Part shown: in pieces, positions 26,858 to 35,794 of the stretch
Position numbering within the stretch: the stretch's first letter is position 1
Layout: each line of letters begins with the position of its first letter
Program-made: the position numbers and the translations under genes
The notes under the pieces: generated by a model
Databases searched by the model: none
What the model saw: only the letters and a program-made list of their open reading frames with translations
What the model was told of the DNA's origin: nothing
IMG/VR virus record: IMGVR_UViG_3300015259_000005
Location: 1,244 to 65,243 of that record
Origin: a virus
Direction: 5' to 3' (one strand)
Length of the DNA: 64,000 nucleotides

Positions 26858-27142
26858 TCATAGGGTGATGTCCTCCATCGAACGCCTCCGCGTTCTCGGT
26901 TGCGAAACGGGGGGTGTCTTTGATCTGCGAAGGCAAGGCTCGCAGCGCGGGTCGTCGTCGTGCTCGTCGAGCAGGTGCGCGTACCACACCGGCCCGCGCG
27001 AGCCGTACCAAAGGGCCCGACCGCAGCAGCCGCAGCGACGATCCGGGTCGCGCGCCGGCGGGTTCCAGCCCGAGCCGCCGCACATGACGCAATCGCCGTC
27101 GTTCTTTCCGCCGCAGTGCTGGCAGTCGCTACCGCGAGCCAT
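26858..27142 (-). CDS. DnaJ-type Zn-binding small protein
   Basis: CQHCGG..CVMCGGSG..CGCCG. Confidence 0.5.
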   Translation of the reverse strand: MARGSDCQHCGGKNDGDCVMCGGSGWNPPARDPDRRCGCCGRALWYGSRGPVWYAHLLDEHDDDPRCEPCLRRSKTPPVSQPRTRRRSMEDITL

Positions 27143-27384
27143 GCGGCCTCCCGAGCAGCGCGACGTGGTGATCGCCGCCGGCGGGCCACGTGCGGAGAAT
27201 CGACCGCCGCTCGTGCGCGCCGCGGCGCGAGTCCGGGTAGTAGAACACCGCGGTGCGCGAGGAGACGATCGTCTGCCCCGGGACCGGGGCCGCAGCGGGC
27301 CACACGCCGTCGATCAGCTTGAAGCCGAACGGCAGCGCCCGCTCGCCCCGTCGCCCGATGTACCAGCGCAGAACGCGGAGCACT

Positions 27385-27555
27385 CTACGCCTTCGCGGCG
27401 CGCGCCGCGATCCGCTTGCGCTCCCGCTCGGCGCGGAAGCCGCCCTTGTCGAGCCGGGCGATCTGCCCCGCGTCGCCGCGCGCGTCGCGCGCCGTCTGTC
27501 GCTCGACGGCCTGCTCCTGGCGGGCCTTCGTGCGTCGGTGATGCCGTGTCGGCAT
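27385..27555 (-). CDS. small basic phage protein
   Basis: Read manually: MPTRHHRRTKARQEQA..RQ..QIARLD..AERERKRI; GGAGG RBS. Confidence 0.5.
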   Translation of the reverse strand: MPTRHHRRTKARQEQAVERQTARDARGDAGQIARLDKGGFRAERERKRIAARAAKA

Positions 27556-27556
27556 G

Positions 27557-27772
27557 TTAGTCGCCTCCCTGTAGTACGATCAGTCGGCTGTCGGCGTACC
27601 CCGCCGGCACCTTCGTGACCGTGCCGCCGCGGCGCAGATACTCGGCGAGCGTCTCGCGTCGCGTCGGCCTGTGCGTCCGCGGCTTCGGCAGCCGCGCCTC
27701 GAAGTTGGGGTTCAGATCGCCCTCGAGTGCTGCGCGGGCGAGATAGAGCTTGTCGAGGTTGCGCGGGATCAC
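27557..27772 (-). CDS. SutA-like RNA polymerase-binding peptide
   Basis: LAEYLRRGGTVTKVPAG resembles the SutA EFL..GG.V motif. Confidence 0.5.
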   Translation of the reverse strand: MIPRNLDKLYLARAALEGDLNPNFEARLPKPRTHRPTRRETLAEYLRRGGTVTKVPAGYADSRLIVLQGGD

Positions 27773-28419
27773 TGCTGGATCCCACGGTGCAGGAAGGGCC
27801 CGACGGCGCGGTCGCCGCCGTAGCTCTTCGCGCGGTAGCACTCGCGGTCGGCACGCGCGATCAGCGCCGGGGCCGTCTCTCCCACCTCGTGCGCGGCGCC
27901 GCCGATCGACACCGTGACGGGTGACGTGGTGCGGACGGCCTCTGCGATGCGGTCGCCGAGCGCGAGCAGCCCGAGCGGGCTTGTCTCGTCCACGATCACC
28001 ACGAACTCGTCGCCGCCGTAGCGGACCAGCACGTCGGGCGCGCGGAGGCAGGAGTGGATGGCGCGCGCCACCGCAGCCAGGGCCGTGTCCCCCGCGGGGT
28101 GGCCGTCCAGATCGTTGAGCGGCTTCAGCCCGTCCACGTCGATGAACAGGACGCCGGCAGCCTTGGGAGCTAGCGTGGGAGCGCCGCTGTTGCGCCGTAC
28201 GGAGCGCGCGAGGGCCAGCCCGAGCAGATCGTCCAGCCGGCCGCGCCCGAAGGCGCCAGTGAGCGGGCAGCGCGACAGGCGCGCCACCTCGGTCTGGGCG
28301 GTGGCGAGCGCTGACTCCAGGGAGCGGACGCGGCCCTCGAGCTCGCGGGTGTAGGCCGGGCTGTTGCGCTCGCCCTGCCGGTCGTATAGGCTCTGCTCGA
28401 ACATGATCGCCTCGGCCAT
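27769..28419 (-). CDS. diguanylate cyclase (GGDEF)
   Basis: N-terminal coiled coil, PLTG, DVDGLKPLND..GH..GD..L, RxxD I-site (RAPD), RYGGDEF, TVSIG, RAD..Y.AK..G. Confidence 0.93.
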   Translation of the reverse strand: MAEAIMFEQSLYDRQGERNSPAYTRELEGRVRSLESALATAQTEVARLSRCPLTGAFGRGRLDDLLGLALARSVRRNSGAPTLAPKAAGVLFIDVDGLKPLNDLDGHPAGDTALAAVARAIHSCLRAPDVLVRYGGDEFVVIVDETSPLGLLALGDRIAEAVRTTSPVTVSIGGAAHEVGETAPALIARADRECYRAKSYGGDRAVGPFLHRGIQQ

Positions 28420-28473
28420 CGAAGGACTCCTCTTCCGGTTGGTGCCCCCACTGTTCGGCGGGGTGACAGCAGA

Positions 28474-28501
28474 ACTTTAGCGGCGATCTTTCGTGGTGCC
28501 A
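28474..28501 (-). promoter_or_regulatory. sigma-70-like promoter for the GGDEF operon
   Basis: TGGCAC-16-TAAAGT; CGCTAAAGTTC shared with 15997-16025. Confidence 0.5.
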
Positions 28502-28552
28502 GCCGACACAGTGGCCGGCGGCACCGATGTCCGTCTCACGTGGAGGTTTCCG

Positions 28553-30199
28553 TTGACTCTCGACATCTGGTTCTCGAAGCATCCCGAAGCCGCCGAAGCG
28601 GTGCGCCTCTGGCTCGTTGCGCGGCAGCGCGGCAAGACGACCGAAGGCAGCCGCACCATCGTAGGCCGCCTCCGCAAAGAGCACAAGCTCCCGTTCGCGG
28701 ATCACACCGCGTTTCAGCGCTGGGCCCGCCGCCGCTATCCCGATCTCTACGCCACCGGCGTCGCCACGTCCTCGCGGCCGGCGTCGGCCGACAAGATCGC
28801 CTCCAGCTTCAAGCGCTCCACGCGCGACGTGAAGGCCCTCGAGCGCAGCGAGGATTTCTTCGTCACCTGCGCCGTGCAGGAGAGCTACGCGAACCGCGAC
28901 TTCCTCGCCGCCATCCAGAAGTGGTGCGGCGAGCGCGACGGCAAGCTGGTGATCAACCCCGTGCTCTACACCAATCCGCGTACCCGCTCCGAGACGGAGC
29001 GCGCGCGGGGTGAGCGCTGGTGGGATCCGGCGTTGGCCGACTTCATGCTCGAGAACGAGCTCCGACCGCACGAGAAGCTGTCGATCATGACGACGAAGGC
29101 GCAGGCCACCGCGCACAACCCGCTGCCCGCGCGGCTGTCGGGGCGCACGAAGGACCGCAGCGCGGTGTTCGGCCACCCGCAGTTGTCGATGCGCACCGTC
29201 GCCACGCCACAGTCGAAGCTCCCGAAAATCCTGTACTCGTCGGGCGCGATCACCGAGAAGAACTACAGCGAGACGCTGGCCGGCGACATGGCGGACTTCC
29301 ACCACTCGCTCGGCGGCGTGATCGTGGAGGTGCGCGGCAACCGCTTCTACCTCCGCGAAGTGACGTGGGACGGCGAGGGTTTCACGGACCTCGACCGGCG
29401 CTACACCGCGCAGGGTGGTGAGGCCGCCCCGCCGCCCGAGGCGCTGGTGATGGGCGACATACACGCGCCCCACTTCGTGTCGCCGACGGTGATGAACGCC
29501 ACATTCGGTCAGGGTGGGATTCACGAAACGCTTCGCCCCCGTCGCCTTTTCCTGCACGACCTCGCGGATAACCGCAACGTCAACCACCACGAGCTCGCGA
29601 ATCGGCTGACGCGCGCGGCGCTCGTGGGCAAGGGCGAGGGGTCGATCGCGCAGGAGCTCGCGGGCGTGGCGCAGTGGTTGCTGAACCTCCCCGAGTTCGA
29701 GGAGGTGCTAGTCGTCCGCTCCAACCACGACGACTTCCTCGGGCAGTGGCTCGAGCGCGCACACCCGGAGCCGCAGAACGCGAAGCTGTTCCACCAACTG
29801 AGCTACCTGATGCTCGAGCACTTCGAGGGGCACGGCTCGTTCCCGATCCCGCTCGAGCTCGCGCTCCGGCAGAATCACCTGCTACCCGACAACATCCGCT
29901 TCCTGAACACGGACGAGCCGTGCCAGATCGGCGGCGTCGAACTCGGGATGCACGGGCACCGCGGACCCGACGGCGCGCGCGGCTCGCTGCGCAACCTGTC
30001 GATGATCGGCACGCGGTCGATGGTCGGACACGGCCACGGGCCCGGCATCTGGCAGGGCGGCTACATGGTCGGCATGTCCTCGGTGTACCGGCACGGCTAC
30101 AACAACGGGCCGAGCTCGTGGCTGCAATCGCATGGGCTGGTCCACGCCAACGGCTATCGGCAGTTGGTCCACATGATCAAGGACACGTGGCGAGGTTAG
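28553..30199 (+). CDS. T5 A1-like protein with metallophosphoesterase domain
   Basis: FVTCA...TA.NPL...GHP...G.IT..NY...AG..A.FHH..G..VE; GDIH, HD, SNHD, HGH.GP.G.RG, GH.H.P.I, GYN.GPSSW; TTG start after GGAGG. Confidence 0.7.
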   Translation: MTLDIWFSKHPEAAEAVRLWLVARQRGKTTEGSRTIVGRLRKEHKLPFADHTAFQRWARRRYPDLYATGVATSSRPASADKIASSFKRSTRDVKALERSEDFFVTCAVQESYANRDFLAAIQKWCGERDGKLVINPVLYTNPRTRSETERARGERWWDPALADFMLENELRPHEKLSIMTTKAQATAHNPLPARLSGRTKDRSAVFGHPQLSMRTVATPQSKLPKILYSSGAITEKNYSETLAGDMADFHHSLGGVIVEVRGNRFYLREVTWDGEGFTDLDRRYTAQGGEAAPPPEALVMGDIHAPHFVSPTVMNATFGQGGIHETLRPRRLFLHDLADNRNVNHHELANRLTRAALVGKGEGSIAQELAGVAQWLLNLPEFEEVLVVRSNHDDFLGQWLERAHPEPQNAKLFHQLSYLMLEHFEGHGSFPIPLELALRQNHLLPDNIRFLNTDEPCQIGGVELGMHGHRGPDGARGSLRNLSMIGTRSMVGHGHGPGIWQGGYMVGMSSVYRHGYNNGPSSWLQSHGLVHANGYRQLVHMIKDTWRG

Positions 30200-30203
30200 G
30201 CGC

Positions 30204-30701
30204 TTGACAGCCGACGGCTGGATCCGCTTCTACTATGACCAACGCGAATCGTTCGGCGCGCCTGCGCTGAACTACATCGACACGGTGGGCCGCGTCTACG
30301 CAAAGCGCTGCTCGAAGTGCCACGCGCGTATCCGCCACTGCACCAGCAACCACGAGTGGGTGTGCGGGAAGTGCGGCGCGCCGTGGAAGTTCTGGATGCG
30401 CGCCCTCTCGAAGGGCGAGATCCAGAAGTCGATGCGACCATTCGGGTTCGACGAATCGAACGCGCGGTACTTCGACATCGCGCGCCTGCTGCATGTGTTC
30501 CTGACCGAGGGCGGCTGGAACGCGAAGCTGTACGTGGTCAACGCCATGGGCGAGCCGATGGCGAGCCTCGCCGAGAAATTCCCGTTGCGCTTCCCCGAGG
30601 CGCCGGGTCCGTGGTCGGTGGGATCCGTCCACGCGCGCATCCGAACCGCCCGCACCGAGTGGGCCGAGCGGCTGACCGCCGCGGGAATCAAGGTGAGCTA
30701 G
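30204..30701 (+). CDS. Zn-ribbon plus C-terminal HTH-like putative transcription regulator
   Basis: CSKC...CGKC; C-terminal SVGSVHARIRTAR resembles a sigma-4 recognition helix. Confidence 0.5.
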   Translation: MTADGWIRFYYDQRESFGAPALNYIDTVGRVYAKRCSKCHARIRHCTSNHEWVCGKCGAPWKFWMRALSKGEIQKSMRPFGFDESNARYFDIARLLHVFLTEGGWNAKLYVVNAMGEPMASLAEKFPLRFPEAPGPWSVGSVHARIRTARTEWAERLTAAGIKVS

Positions 30702-32885
30702 ATGCGAGTAGTCGACAAGGATCAGTTGAAGCCTTGCCTCAAGCTCGGCTTCGATCTGATCCCGATCAAGAAATGGGACGCGAAGGCGAACGGCCTGTTC
30801 GTCGGCAAGGCCCCGCGCGACAACCGCTGGGTGATTCAGCCGTACGAAAAGTCCGAGATCATCGACTGGATCAAGGAAGGCGGCAACGTCGGCGTGCGGC
30901 TCCGCAAGACGGAGCTCGTGATCGACGTTGACCCCAAGCACAAAGACGCGAAGGGGCGCAACGCGAAGACGCTGCTCGAGGATCTCGAGCTCGAGCTCGG
31001 CATCGACCTCTCGGCGTGCCCGATCGTCGAGACGGGCTCGGGCGGCTACCACGTCTATCTCACGATCCCCGACGAGACGCGCGTGCGGAACTCGACGGAG
31101 GTGTTCGGCGGCGCGATCGAGTTCAAATCGTACGGCCGGCAGGTGCTTGCGCCGGGCTCGAAGCACCCGAACGGGAACCACTACCGCTGGGTGCAGCACG
31201 AGACGGGCCCGGTGCCCGCGTGCCCCGCACCGCTGCTCGCGATGATCGCGAAGCCGAACCTGCCGAAGCGCGAGCGCGCGCCCGGCGAGGAGATCGCCAT
31301 CGACGTGCTCGAGCAGTGCCTCGAGCAACTCGAGCCGACGGACTTTCAGGACTACGAGAAGTGGCGCAACCTGATGTTCAGCGTCCACTACGCCTGCAAC
31401 GGATCGGAGGAAGGGCGCGAGGCGTTCAGCAAATGGTCGACCGCCGACCCGAAGTATGCCAGCGCGCGCGAGTCGATCGACACGTTCTGGGAGTACGCGA
31501 GCGACAACCGCAGCGACGCGCGCACCGAGAAGACGCTGTTCTGGTACGTCTCGGAAGCGGGAGGCCACGTCCCGTACGAGATCGACAAAGAGTTCCCCGA
31601 CGAGCTCAACGAGCCGCTGCCCGCGGCGGGCACGCCGGAGTCCCGCGAGCGACCGATGCTCGAGGTCGACAAGCAGGGCAAGGTCAAGCACACGATCGCG
31701 CAGAACGTGATCCTCGCCTGCCAATACTACGGCCTCGGCATCACGGAGGACGTGTTCAGCGGCAAGCGCTACCTACGCGACCAGCTCGGGCTGCTCAAGC
31801 AGCACTTCGAGTGGGTCGACGACGGCGCCGAGTACACCGACCAAATGACCGAACTAGTGGCGCTCGCGATCACGCGCGAGAACCACAAGATCGACCCGGG
31901 ATGGATGACGCTGCCGTGGTCGGGCGACCCGGCGAAGGCGACGATGAAGCGAGCAAAAGACGGCCTCGTGCAGCGCGAGCATCCGCTCCAGAAGTGGCTG
32001 ACGACTCGCGAATGGGACGGAACGAAGCGACTCGAGACGTGGCTGATCAACTGCTCCGATCTCGAGGACACGCAGTACAACCGCGCCGTGTCGAAGCTGA
32101 TGCTCACGTCCGCGGTCGCGCGTGCTATGCAGCCGGGGATCAAGTTCGACTCGATGATCATTCTCGAGGGCCCGCAGGGCGGCTACAAGAGCTCGTTGAT
32201 CAAGCACCTCGGCGGCCAGTGGGCGGCCGAGGGCCTGCCCGCGATCGGCGGCTACAACGAGAAGGACGTGATCAGCGCGATGCGCGGCAAGTGGATCATC
32301 GAGATCGACGAGCTCGCGTCGATGAAGAAAGCCGACGTGGACGTGCTCAAGTCGTTCCTCTCGAAGACCGAGGACCGGGTGCGTCTGCCGTATGAGGAAG
32401 AGACGCGCACCTTTCCACGTCAGTGCGTTTTCATCGGGACTACGAACGACGCCGAGTACCTGCGCGACATCACGGGCAACCGCCGGTTCCTCCCGATGCG
32501 GGTCGGCATGATCCGCGACCACCTCGAAGTCCCGCGCGAAGAGCTATGGGCCGAGGCGTACCACACGTGGTACTACGGCGCGCGCGGCGAGATCGCCCTC
32601 CCCATGACCGAGCGCGAGGCGGCCGAGCGCGAGCAGGAGCTTCGCCGGGTGCGGGATCCGTGGGAGGACAAGCTCGACACGTTCCTCAACGAGAAATATG
32701 CGGGAGAAAACTTCCTCTCAACCGACACTGTCTTTCACGACTGCCTGCGCCGGGATCTGGATCAGGCAAGCACGACGGACGCGCGCCGGCTCGCGCAGGT
32801 GATGCAGAAGTTGGGCTGGGAACGGACCCGGAAGATGATCGACGGCCGCCTAGCGCGCGGCTACAAACGAAAGGACGAAGACTGA
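30702..32885 (+). CDS. bifunctional primase-polymerase / PriCT / VapE(VirE)-type helicase
   Basis: NVG..LVIDVD, TGSGGYHVY, APGSKHPNG; W..WS...KY; WDG..RL, GPQGGYKS, IEIDEL, GTTN...L.D.TGNRRF. Confidence 0.9.
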   Translation: MRVVDKDQLKPCLKLGFDLIPIKKWDAKANGLFVGKAPRDNRWVIQPYEKSEIIDWIKEGGNVGVRLRKTELVIDVDPKHKDAKGRNAKTLLEDLELELGIDLSACPIVETGSGGYHVYLTIPDETRVRNSTEVFGGAIEFKSYGRQVLAPGSKHPNGNHYRWVQHETGPVPACPAPLLAMIAKPNLPKRERAPGEEIAIDVLEQCLEQLEPTDFQDYEKWRNLMFSVHYACNGSEEGREAFSKWSTADPKYASARESIDTFWEYASDNRSDARTEKTLFWYVSEAGGHVPYEIDKEFPDELNEPLPAAGTPESRERPMLEVDKQGKVKHTIAQNVILACQYYGLGITEDVFSGKRYLRDQLGLLKQHFEWVDDGAEYTDQMTELVALAITRENHKIDPGWMTLPWSGDPAKATMKRAKDGLVQREHPLQKWLTTREWDGTKRLETWLINCSDLEDTQYNRAVSKLMLTSAVARAMQPGIKFDSMIILEGPQGGYKSSLIKHLGGQWAAEGLPAIGGYNEKDVISAMRGKWIIEIDELASMKKADVDVLKSFLSKTEDRVRLPYEEETRTFPRQCVFIGTTNDAEYLRDITGNRRFLPMRVGMIRDHLEVPREELWAEAYHTWYYGARGEIALPMTEREAAEREQELRRVRDPWEDKLDTFLNEKYAGENFLSTDTVFHDCLRRDLDQASTTDARRLAQVMQKLGWERTRKMIDGRLARGYKRKDED

Positions 32886-33331
32886 TGGCGGCCAAGACGA
32901 ATTTCACGATCGAAGAGAACCTCGAGCGCATCGCGGATGCGGTCGAGGCGTTCACCAAGTCGTTCAAGATCGAGGCGCTCCCCGGCGCGACGACCGCGGA
33001 GGCTCCGGTCACCGCTCCCGCCGCACCGGCAGCGCCCGCGGCGACCGACAAGAAAGCGACGCGCAAGCCCCGCGCGGCCGCGCCCGAGGCGCCCCCCGCG
33101 CCTCCGACGCCCGCAGCGCCGGCCGAGCCTGCGTCGGCGGCGCCCGCAGCGCCGGCCGAGCCCGCGGCGGATGCGGTCACGCGCGATCAGGTGCGCGAGG
33201 CTCTGCGCACCTTCCGACAGACGCACTCGAAGGACGAGGCTCTGGCGACGCTGCGCAAGCACGGGGCGAACAGCGTGTCCGACGCGCCCGAAGAGGCACT
33301 CGCGGCCCTGCTCGCGGACTTCAGCAAGTAG
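32885..33331 (+). CDS. Ala/Pro-rich conserved phage protein
   Basis: VTRDQVR..L.....A...L.K.GA..VS C-terminal domain, commonly found upstream of DUF2800. Confidence 0.65.
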   Translation: MAAKTNFTIEENLERIADAVEAFTKSFKIEALPGATTAEAPVTAPAAPAAPAATDKKATRKPRAAAPEAPPAPPTPAAPAEPASAAPAAPAEPAADAVTRDQVREALRTFRQTHSKDEALATLRKHGANSVSDAPEEALAALLADFSK

Positions 33332-33400
33332 ACGGACGGCGGGCAACGGCCGGCGCCCGGATCGCTCCCCGGGCGCCGGCCATACTTGTGAGGGCCTAAC

Positions 33401-33826
33401 ATGACCGAGTACGTCTGCGGCTTCGCGTTCAACCGCGACCGCACCGAGGTCGCGCTGATCGAGAAGGCGAAGCCCGAGTGGCAGCGCGGCCAGTGGAACG
33501 GCATCGGCGGCAAGATCGAGCCGGGCGAGTACCCGAGCGAGGCCATGGCGCGGGAGTTCGAGGAGGAGACGGGCTGGAGCGTGCCGGCATCGCGCTGGTA
33601 TCCGTTCGCGGTCCTCTTCGGCAAAGGCTACCGCGTGACGTTCTACGTCGCGCTCGACGTGCGGATCGCACACTGCGTCACCGCGACCGACGAGCGCGTG
33701 CAGTGCTGGGCGGTCGACGCACTGCCCGACAAGGTGATCCCCAATCTCAAGTGGCTGATCCCGCTCGCGCTGCAAGCGGACCAGTACCAGCGGCTCACGA
33801 TCCGCACGACGGACTTCAGCGAATGA
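33401..33826 (+). CDS. NUDIX hydrolase
   Basis: GGKIEPGEYPSEAMAREFEEETG Nudix box. Confidence 0.93.
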   Translation: MTEYVCGFAFNRDRTEVALIEKAKPEWQRGQWNGIGGKIEPGEYPSEAMAREFEEETGWSVPASRWYPFAVLFGKGYRVTFYVALDVRIAHCVTATDERVQCWAVDALPDKVIPNLKWLIPLALQADQYQRLTIRTTDFSE

Positions 33827-33987
33827 CGTGGGTCGAGCTCTTCCCCGCCGCGTGCGGGCTGCTGTATCTCGGCGCGGCTGTCGGCTACGCCCTCCAGAGC
33901 AACTGGCCGTGGTGCCTCACGTACGGGGCGTACGCGGTCGCGAACGTCGGACTGATCTTCGCCGCGATTCAGGCGCGGCCGAGCTAG
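33823..33987 (+). CDS. small membrane protein
   Basis: Two hydrophobic segments; YA.ANVG. Confidence 0.55.
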   Translation: MTWVELFPAACGLLYLGAAVGYALQSNWPWCLTYGAYAVANVGLIFAAIQARPS

Positions 33988-33994
33988 GAGCATC

Positions 33995-35239
33995 ATGCCT
34001 TCCTCCGTTCACGCCGTCCTCGGGGCCTCGAGCTCCGGTCGCTGGATCGCCTGTCCCGGGTCCGTGCGAGAGATCGCCAACCTGCCCGACTGGGCGCGCA
34101 AGGGTTCGTCGCGTTATGCGTCCGAGGGCACGTCGGCGCACTACCTCGGCGAGCTCTGTCTCGTCAAGGGCCACGATCCGATGGAGTACCAGGGCCAGTA
34201 CATCTCCGATTTCGGGGTGATCGCGGACGCCATCGACGCGAGTCTGCCGGGCGAATGGTTCGAGATCGGCGACGAGATGGTCGACGGGGTCCAACTCTAC
34301 ATCGACACCGTCGCCAAGTATCGCACGAAGTTCCCGAACGCCGAGATCAGCTACGAGCAGACCGTGTACCCGATCCCGGGGCGCGAAGAGGAGATGTTCG
34401 GCACGGCGGACTGCACGATCTACGAGCCCTATGGCGAGTTGATCGTGATCGACTTCAAGTACGGCAAGGGCATCCAAGTCGAGGCCGATTGGAACGACCA
34501 GATGATGTACTACGCGCTCGGCGCGCTGCGCGCGGTGGGCGGCGAGCACGACGTGTCGAAGGTGACGGTCGTGATCGTGCAGCCGCGCGGCATGCACAGC
34601 GACGGGCCGGTGCGGACGTGGACGTTCGACGTGGACGCGCTGCTCAGCTTCGCGGGCATTCTGGTTGCGGCCGCGGATCGCACGAAGGATCCGAACGCGC
34701 CGCTCGTGCCCGGTCGGCACTGCGAGAACTACTTCTGCCCCGTCGCGGCGACGTGCCCGGCGCTGAGCGACCTCGCGCTCGCGCAGTTTCCCGATGATCT
34801 GGACCCGGACCTCGGCGTCGTCGAGTCGGTGGATTCACTGCCGCAGCGGGTCTACACTCCCCGCGAGCTCGCCGAGGCGAAGCGGGTGTCCGACATCCTC
34901 GAGTTCCGAATCAAGCAGGTGAACACGATGCTGCTCGCCGCGCTCGAGCGCGGCGTGAAGGTGCCCGGCTACAAGCTCGTGCGGAAGTCGGCGCACCGCA
35001 AGTGGCAGGACGAAGCCGAGGTCGAGCGCCGGCTGCGAAACATGGCCGGCCTGAAAGTCGACGACATCTTCACGCGCAAGCTCAAGTCGCCTGCGCAGAT
35101 CGAGAAGACGAAAGCGGGCAAAGAGTGGGTCGCGAAGTTCGCGATAAAACCCCTGGGCGAAACGACCGTGGCCCCGGACTCGGACTCGCGGGACGAGGTG
35201 ACGCCGCAGATCGAGGCGTTCACGAAGGTGGAGGACTGA
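33995..35239 (+). CDS. DUF2800 Cas4-like PD-(D/E)XK exonuclease
   Basis: HA.L..S...RW..CPGS, EGT.AH, FGTAD, IDFKYGKG, NDQ..YALG, IVQPR, PG.HC..C. Confidence 0.9.
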   Translation: MPSSVHAVLGASSSGRWIACPGSVREIANLPDWARKGSSRYASEGTSAHYLGELCLVKGHDPMEYQGQYISDFGVIADAIDASLPGEWFEIGDEMVDGVQLYIDTVAKYRTKFPNAEISYEQTVYPIPGREEEMFGTADCTIYEPYGELIVIDFKYGKGIQVEADWNDQMMYYALGALRAVGGEHDVSKVTVVIVQPRGMHSDGPVRTWTFDVDALLSFAGILVAAADRTKDPNAPLVPGRHCENYFCPVAATCPALSDLALAQFPDDLDPDLGVVESVDSLPQRVYTPRELAEAKRVSDILEFRIKQVNTMLLAALERGVKVPGYKLVRKSAHRKWQDEAEVERRLRNMAGLKVDDIFTRKLKSPAQIEKTKAGKEWVAKFAIKPLGETTVAPDSDSRDEVTPQIEAFTKVED

Positions 35240-35241
35240 CC

Positions 35242-35589
35242 ATGGACCGAGAGAAGGTGCAGGGAATCGCGAACGTCGTCGTGGGCTACGCCGAAAAGAT
35301 CACGGCGACACTGACCGACGAGAAGAATCCGCAGGCATGCCTGATCCCGACGATCCAGACCAATCTGGACCGCATGAAGCTCGCCATCTTCGCCGGCGTG
35401 CTGCTGCCCGGCGGCGAGGACTACGAGCCCACCGACGAGGAGCGCACGCAGGGCGCCGAGCTCGTGACGGTGCTGTTGAGCAGCGCGCTCATGGCCGCGG
35501 GCGGACTTCTGCTCGTGCTCGAGAGCTCGCCGGCGCCCGTCGAGCTCCTGACCGAGCTCCTCTCCGACGGCGAGGTGATCAAGGTCTGA
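35242..35589 (+). CDS. hypothetical protein
   Basis: GGAGG RBS; 115 aa. Confidence 0.55.
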   Translation: MDREKVQGIANVVVGYAEKITATLTDEKNPQACLIPTIQTNLDRMKLAIFAGVLLPGGEDYEPTDEERTQGAELVTVLLSSALMAAGGLLLVLESSPAPVELLTELLSDGEVIKV

Positions 35590-35794
35590 TGCGCCACATC
35601 TGGGTCAAGAGCGTCGGCCGCCGTCGGCGCAGCGTCAAGTGCAAGCGACGTTTCTGCGGGGAAACCCGTGTCGCGATGCCGGTCGCCGAATCCGCGAAGA
35701 TTCGCGAGGTATTCGGGCCGATGTTCGCCGACACTGGACCGTGCAGAGAGAAGGTGTCAGGCGGCATCGCCGCTGACAATGCCAGGAGGTAACC

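Noticed and set aside
27557-29590. 677-aa minus-strand ORF and similar long antisense ORFs (e.g. 54352-56841, 30177-31724, 42349-44007)
   Set aside because: Shadow frames of GC-rich genes with clear motifs on the opposite strand; only the last 71 codons (27557-27772) look real
30204-30236. TTGACA...TACTAT promoter-like pair
   Set aside because: The 21-nt spacer is too long and the TTG is the probable start codon
32990-33170. Ala/Pro low-complexity repeats
   Set aside because: Ordinary flexible linker in a conserved phage protein
33995-35239. Cas4-like nuclease as a CRISPR component
   Set aside because: Standard DUF2800-SSB-PolA replication module; no cas operon or array
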